This document shows, one piece after another, positions 48,948-53,957 of a DNA stretch of 53,957 nt. A program made the translations under genes and the position numbers. Each line of letters opens with the position of its first letter. The first letter of the stretch is position 1. Under the pieces are notes generated by a model that was given only the letters and a program-made list of their open reading frames with translations, was not told the DNA's origin and ran no database searches. Source of the stretch: a virus (lineage: Duplodnaviria; Caudoviricetes); IMG/VR virus record IMGVR_UViG_3300028388_005701, positions 1-53,957 of that record; one strand, written 5' to 3'.

Positions 48948-49346
48948 TTATGACAGTTGTGCCTGGTCAGTTGGCTGCTCGGGTTCGATAGGATCCTTTT
49001 TCTCCTTTCTTACCTTTTCTAGATAAGACCAACCACCACCCAGTAAACCTATGACGATAGCGATAGCAGTTAATACTATATCTTCGTTATACCAGCCGCC
49101 TAACACCCCGAAACCAGCCAATGCTGTGAGGATGTGGCGTATGGTACCCCATAGTTTGTCAGTCCTTTCTTCTTTATCGGTGGAATTCCATGAGAACACC
49201 AATCCGGCGACCATCAAAGAGCCACTCATGATAAATTCTGATATGTCTTCAGACACTGTACCCTGCCACACTAAAAAACCAGATAGGAAGGTAACAACAT
49301 GCCTAACCAGACCTAACCATTTTTCGTTACTATTCATAATGAACAA
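48948..49346 (-). CDS. membrane protein with an internal duplication, holin-like
   Basis: Two copies of G.(V/I)RH..T...GF.V..G, each with two TM helices. Confidence 0.65.
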   Translation of the reverse strand: MFIMNSNEKWLGLVRHVVTFLSGFLVWQGTVSEDISEFIMSGSLMVAGLVFSWNSTDKEERTDKLWGTIRHILTALAGFGVLGGWYNEDIVLTAIAIVIGLLGGGWSYLEKVRKEKKDPIEPEQPTDQAQLS

Positions 49347-49392
49347 TGTTTATTGATGTTTATTAATCTATTCAGCTTATTTATCTGAATGA

Positions 49393-50172
49393 TTAATAAA
49401 CACTAACCGTTTTTTTGTTGTCCATATTCCAAAACTTAGTACCTCCGTGGCTTATCAACCTGTGTCTATGAAAATGACCAAAAAACCAATTGTCAACTGT
49501 TGATTGGAATTTGTTATACACAGTGGTTAGGAATTTTCTTTCATTGATGATGTCATTGGCTATGTATGTGTTGCTAATACTAACCTGTGCGGTGGGTGGT
49601 ATGATGTGAGGGGCTGTGTGGGTGGCAATCATATTTATGTCAAAATGCTCATTTATATACCCCAGCCATTTTTTGTTGGGTTCAAAAGATTCAAATGGCC
49701 ACCAATTGCGGCCATACTCCCTTTTATCCCTATCGATGCTGGTAGCACCACCCAGGCAAAACGCAGTTTTATCTCTCCATTCTAGTATAGAATAATCAGC
49801 AACTAAAATTATGTTAGACAGTGATCTAATGTATTTAACATCGGACTTTATTTTATCGACACATTTTTTGGTATATTCCATTCTTTCGAAAAAGGCGCTG
49901 AGCTTAGACTTATTGCTGGTGAACAGAAAGGGATAGTCATGGTTACCCCTGATAATATAAAGATAGGAATTCTTTGAGCAGAGTATTCTATTCAACTTAT
50001 TAAGTATGTGTTTGCCCTTAGACAGATCAAAATGCCCGTTAGGGAAGAAGTCACCAAGCTGTAATAGATTAGTGTTTTCAGGTAGGTATTTTATGTGGTG
50101 GTAATCCCCGTGGAGATCACCTATGACTTTCAAATCATACTTGCTAATCAGCTGATGTTTGACCAATATCAT
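49393..50172 (-). CDS. calcineurin-like metallophosphoesterase
   Basis: GDLHG, LGDF, RGNHD, GGA.SID, THTAP, FGHFH. Confidence 0.9.
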   Translation of the reverse strand: MILVKHQLISKYDLKVIGDLHGDYHHIKYLPENTNLLQLGDFFPNGHFDLSKGKHILNKLNRILCSKNSYLYIIRGNHDYPFLFTSNKSKLSAFFERMEYTKKCVDKIKSDVKYIRSLSNIILVADYSILEWRDKTAFCLGGATSIDRDKREYGRNWWPFESFEPNKKWLGYINEHFDINMIATHTAPHIIPPTAQVSISNTYIANDIINERKFLTTVYNKFQSTVDNWFFGHFHRHRLISHGGTKFWNMDNKKTVSVY

Positions 50173-50199
50173 TAGTTATGATTATACTAAGGTTAGCTA

Positions 50200-50886
50200 T
50201 TACTCTAGGTATTTTATGACCCTTTCATAAGCCATCATAAGAGTGGTAACATCTCCCTCACAATACTCTTGGATAGCATCAAGATCCTGGTCATCCCAAT
50301 AAACTGTATGCAGGTCAGCCCCACTCATTTTTTCTTTGGGTGATGGTATACCAAGCACCTGACACAGTAAATCTAGTGTGCACGCATTCCTACCACCAAA
50401 CTTCCACAGCTCGTGTGTGTCAACCAGGTGCTTAAGTTCCCATGGCTTTTTACCAGTTGTGTTTATGATTTTGGGAATCTTTAGGCCCTTTATGATAAGT
50501 CGTTTGACTAAAAATGGAACGTCAAAATTCTTAATATAATGCCCACAAAGTTTGTGGATTCTCAAATCGTTATAATGAGTATCTAGTAGATTTTTGATGC
50601 TGACCAAAACACTCATTTCATCTTCATCACAAAATGATTTTAGCTTGTAACCACCGCCATTTTTGAAGCCAAATGTTGCGCAAACTATTTTTGAGAATTC
50701 TGGATGAACCCCAGACATTTTGTTATATGATTCTTCTGGTGTTTCATAATCCCCACCCCTGGAGTAATATTTTTTGTGTATATCATCCCACGCGTATTTC
50801 ATCCCGCTGTTTAATCCATTATAGCTTTCTACAATAGAAACTGTTTCTAGGTCAAAGAAAAGAAAGTTTTTATCCAATGTCGCCAT
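50200..50886 (-). CDS. DnaQ-like 3'-5' exonuclease (PolB exonuclease-related)
   Basis: FFDLET, PEFSKIVC, GH.IK.FD.PF, DT.ELW, YCEGDV. Confidence 0.9.
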   Translation of the reverse strand: MATLDKNFLFFDLETVSIVESYNGLNSGMKYAWDDIHKKYYSRGGDYETPEESYNKMSGVHPEFSKIVCATFGFKNGGGYKLKSFCDEDEMSVLVSIKNLLDTHYNDLRIHKLCGHYIKNFDVPFLVKRLIIKGLKIPKIINTTGKKPWELKHLVDTHELWKFGGRNACTLDLLCQVLGIPSPKEKMSGADLHTVYWDDQDLDAIQEYCEGDVTTLMMAYERVIKYLE

Positions 50887-51026
50887 GATCTCAGGTAATT
50901 TATTAAATCCATCAATAAAAATTCGATAGTATACCTATTACTACCCATTTTGTATAACTTATATATGGGTATGGTTTTGTTAATACCATTAATTTCCACA
51001 TCAATTGTGGTATCCCACGCAACACA
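50847..51026 (-). mobile_element. split intein N-fragment (59 aa)
   Basis: Starts at Cys113 right after GK; CVAWDTTIDV...IPIYKLY plus a hydrophobic tail. Confidence 0.85.
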
Positions 51027-51362
51027 CTTACCAGATTGTCTGGAAGACAATAGTATATTCTTGCGATACTTATCAAACTGTATTAGGCAGGTTTTTTGGT
51101 AATCTCTGAGCTTAACTATCCTTATACCCTCATCAGTCATCACATTAGCATAATTTTCACCAAAGTATATAGGATCTAATGCACATTTAGCTTTCTCTTT
51201 TAACTCAAGGGATGTGTACCCGTAGTTAATGTCAGGCGCTCTCAGTGCGGTATTGTTTTTAAAGAATGGTGTTTCTTTCGGTTTTACTCCGTTTTTTTCT
51301 ATGCTTCTTAAGAGTTCTTCGACCTTTGCGGTGGTCCAAACTTTATTGGACGATATTACCAT
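50847..51362 (-). CDS. terminase large subunit N-terminal part + split intein N-fragment
   Basis: KCALDPIYF.ENY, LRDYQK, SSRQSGK (Walker A first half), then CVAWDTTI (intein block A). Confidence 0.9.
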   Translation of the reverse strand: MVISSNKVWTTAKVEELLRSIEKNGVKPKETPFFKNNTALRAPDINYGYTSLELKEKAKCALDPIYFGENYANVMTDEGIRIVKLRDYQKTCLIQFDKYRKNILLSSRQSGKCVAWDTTIDVEINGINKTIPIYKLYKMGSNRYTIEFLLMDLINYLRSWRHWIKTFFSLT

Positions 51363-53268
51363 TATTTAGTATTTTCAGTAGTTGATTAGTATCAAGCCTC
51401 AATTTACCTGCCAGCCTGCTGGCATTTATATCATTAACAACTTTACCATCATTAATCACTAAGTTATCAACATCTGTATTTTCGTATATCTTGGTGAATT
51501 TTCTAGACATAAACACCATAAAGGATTCTCTCAGATCACGCAGGTTGGCCAATCTAACACCATCAATATTTTCTCTGATTTCATATATCCAGCTGTAATT
51601 TTCACTAACAGCCAGCCTGTTGACATCGACACCATTTACAGAGATAATGGGTGTACCAGACTCATTAAAAGAGACAGTATTATAATTACCACCGACATCC
51701 TTACAATAAGCTACTATGCTGCCAGCTTCCGGCATTTCAGAACATTCAATGAGTATATTAGTACCCTCAGTTATTAGCGTGCTGAAGGCTTTGTATTCAA
51801 AAGCTATTGAATTATCAGTTAGCAAGCCCATGATACCAGACAGCTCACCAACTGCATCGCAGCCAGTAACAATCACCAATCCATAATGGCTGCTGTTAAC
51901 GTCGTTGTCCAGCACCATGATGTTATCTGGGTTTATATCGTAATAATCACTATTCTTTACTAGGTATTTATACAGATCACTGCCATTCTTGAAAGAATTA
52001 TGATCAACCAGTATTGACCAGTTATCAATCTCGGATATGTTCGGATGTCTTAGTATTTCACTGGCATTGTTGATATGAGATATAGCACCAAGATCATAAG
52101 ATTCATTGGCGGCTACCTGCCCCTCAGGATTACCAGCATCACCATTTAATTCAGCATCGGTTTTACCTTTACGACCATCTGTGTACAAAATACCACCCTC
52201 TCTATCCTTGCGTATCTCCAAACTTAATTCATTTGGTACAAGATGCCCAATATTGATGTGAGATATGTTATACTTGCTAGTCATATCGTCTATCTTGCTG
52301 ACCGCCTCAAGGTATTGGTCATTGCTTATGAGAGGCACAATAGTAGACTCCCATTCATCATCAAATGAGGACTGGTTATCACCAAGATGCTTACTGAGTT
52401 CAGACCTTATCTGCATGAAGGAATGCAGTTGGTGGTTTTCACCAAATAGTGCTATGTCCTTTAGTTCGCCAATGGCCGCTGATAGTTCTTCTTCATTCAT
52501 CTTGTTAGCAGCAGCATATATACTCATACTGCCAGTCGGATCATGCTTATTAAGATAAGAGTCCATTATAACATCGAATTTGTTCCTGCTATCATCTGTT
52601 ACCACATAGTCCAGGTATTCAAGATATCTAGCCATTTCGCTAATATCGGCGCTGGGTGTGTAGTCAGTTCTGGCGAATTTTTTAGTCATCTCCTTAATAG
52701 CCATACGCTGCTCATGCTTATCATCAAGCACATTGAATCCGACATCATTGCCAACAGAATCCAGCAATCTCAAGAATTTATCAGTAGCATCACCCTCGTA
52801 GTCATCAGTAGAGAAATCAACCTCTGGGAATTCATCTTGTAAATCCACTAATCCATCGTTGAATTTATCTACCATCTCCTTGGTTATATCACTGGACTTA
52901 TACTTTTCTCTGTCGCCATTCAACACCTCCATAGAGTTATCGTTGAACAACTTTAATAGTTTAGTCTTAGTGTAGGCAATCTTTTTCTTGGGTGTCTCAC
53001 CACTAGCTTCATTAAGCGGATTCAGACCACCTATCTGCCCGACTGCTTGGAGGACTTTTAGAAAGGCATCTGTGGGTTCACCCTCGTAATCGTCAACCTC
53101 AAAATCAGTGTCTGGGTGCTTTTTCTTAAGCTGATCCATTTCTTTCTTGAACAAGTTGACCATAGCATCAGTTATATCTGATTCCTTATATTTCTCTCTT
53201 TTACCATCTGCAATCTCTATGGAGTTTTTGTTAAGGAGACCAAGCAATGTCTTTTTATCATACTTCAT
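51343..53268 (-). CDS. large acidic protein with an N-terminal tandem domain duplication, possible head protein
   Basis: Two roughly 95 aa repeats (REKYK.SDIT..MV..F, DDYEG..TD.FL..L..VG); LNEA, ANES, FNES sites. Confidence 0.75.
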   Translation of the reverse strand: MKYDKKTLLGLLNKNSIEIADGKREKYKESDITDAMVNLFKKEMDQLKKKHPDTDFEVDDYEGEPTDAFLKVLQAVGQIGGLNPLNEASGETPKKKIAYTKTKLLKLFNDNSMEVLNGDREKYKSSDITKEMVDKFNDGLVDLQDEFPEVDFSTDDYEGDATDKFLRLLDSVGNDVGFNVLDDKHEQRMAIKEMTKKFARTDYTPSADISEMARYLEYLDYVVTDDSRNKFDVIMDSYLNKHDPTGSMSIYAAANKMNEEELSAAIGELKDIALFGENHQLHSFMQIRSELSKHLGDNQSSFDDEWESTIVPLISNDQYLEAVSKIDDMTSKYNISHINIGHLVPNELSLEIRKDREGGILYTDGRKGKTDAELNGDAGNPEGQVAANESYDLGAISHINNASEILRHPNISEIDNWSILVDHNSFKNGSDLYKYLVKNSDYYDINPDNIMVLDNDVNSSHYGLVIVTGCDAVGELSGIMGLLTDNSIAFEYKAFSTLITEGTNILIECSEMPEAGSIVAYCKDVGGNYNTVSFNESGTPIISVNGVDVNRLAVSENYSWIYEIRENIDGVRLANLRDLRESFMVFMSRKFTKIYENTDVDNLVINDGKVVNDINASRLAGKLRLDTNQLLKILNNGNIVQ

Positions 53269-53294
53269 TGGTAATTGTTTTATTGACAGACTCT

Positions 53295-53957
53295 TTATTG
53301 TATTTCATTCATTTTTTTCAACTTATCTATGGATTTGTCATAGGAATTACCCATAACAATTACCGAAATGATAAGATCCTTGATATGGGATATGGTCATA
53401 TCCTCGGTATCGTTGACCCACCTCTTTATGTTTATTGATTCAATATCGGATGGTTTTAATTTACCTCTAATAAAGAATTCCCTAACTTCTGGGTTTGGGG
53501 TTGAAATCTCGTATAAAGAATCAAACCTGGAAGGCCTATTCTTTATATTCATGGGTATCTTATCTATATAATTGGTGGTAGCAATATAACAAATGTTGTC
53601 GACCTGCAGGTTACCGTCCAATAAGGTCAAAAACTGCTTGAGGCTATTGTAGCTAATAAAGGAGTCAAGTTCCTCTATGATAGCCAATATCGGTTTGTCA
53701 GGCTCAAGCTGTCTTATAGTGGTGACCATTGGTATGAACCTACCAAGATCTTCAACATTAAGCACTATGCCATCGTACTCATCAATTATGCGATCGCACA
53801 TCAAGTTGATAATAGTAGTTTTACCAGTACCTTGCATACCATGCATTAAAATACCACGTTTATAAGTAATACCATATTCAGCGTACTTATCTCTTCTGCC
53901 CCAAAACACTTCCAATTCATTAATAATCTCCTGTGTAGTGGGGTCAGGCATGGTAAA
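53295..53957 (-). CDS. AAA+ ATPase (partial, 5' end outside window)
   Basis: YKRGILMHG.QGTGKT, IIEELD, ATTN, RPSRFD. Confidence 0.9.
   Translation of the reverse strand, partial: FTMPDPTTQEIINELEVFWGRRDKYAEYGITYKRGILMHGMQGTGKTTIINLMCDRIIDEYDGIVLNVEDLGRFIPMVTTIRQLEPDKPILAIIEELDSFISYNSLKQFLTLLDGNLQVDNICYIATTNYIDKIPMNIKNRPSRFDSLYEISTPNPEVREFFIRGKLKPSDIESINIKRWVNDTEDMTISHIKDLIISVIVMGNSYDKSIDKLKKMNEIQ

Noticed and set aside
48897-50846. Group I/II intron interrupting terL
   Set aside because: The junctions carry protein-level intein motifs (Cys1, His-Asn/Thr) and the gap is filled by three ordinary genes, with no room for a ribozyme core.

Overview
A 54 kb segment of a T4-like jumbo myophage genome: AT-rich, gene-dense, standard genetic code. 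The host is probably in Bacteroidota, inferred from a DUF4494-like gene, Bacteroidota-style lipoproteins and A-rich translation starts without Shine-Dalgarno sites. Virion genes include a gp23-like major capsid protein, a gp21-like prohead protease fused to a coiled-coil scaffold, a tail tube, a frameshifted tail sheath and the large terminase. Replication and nucleotide genes include clamp loader subunits, a T4 RNase H-like 5'-3' exonuclease, a RuvC-like resolvase, and HD, Nudix and DnaQ-type enzymes. Two systems stand out. (1) From about 8.4 to 20.6 kb, 14 genes with largely unrelated bodies begin with a near-identical leader, MK[RK]LPKF-x2-3-[IV]NE[SA], usually with a second NE[SA]-type site. 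About five more genes carry a T4-CTS-like IKxFxxF/Y leader. The cleavage-like motif also occurs in the capsid protein and scaffold, which suggests a library of protease-matured cargo proteins packaged in the capsid, including ADP-ribosyltransferase-like and Nudix proteins. (2) The large terminase is split at its Walker A motif by an atypically split intein, with three unrelated genes between the halves. Several genes carry clear lesions (formyltransferase, DUF262, one leader gene, tail sheath). All family assignments come from motif recognition by eye, not from database searches.
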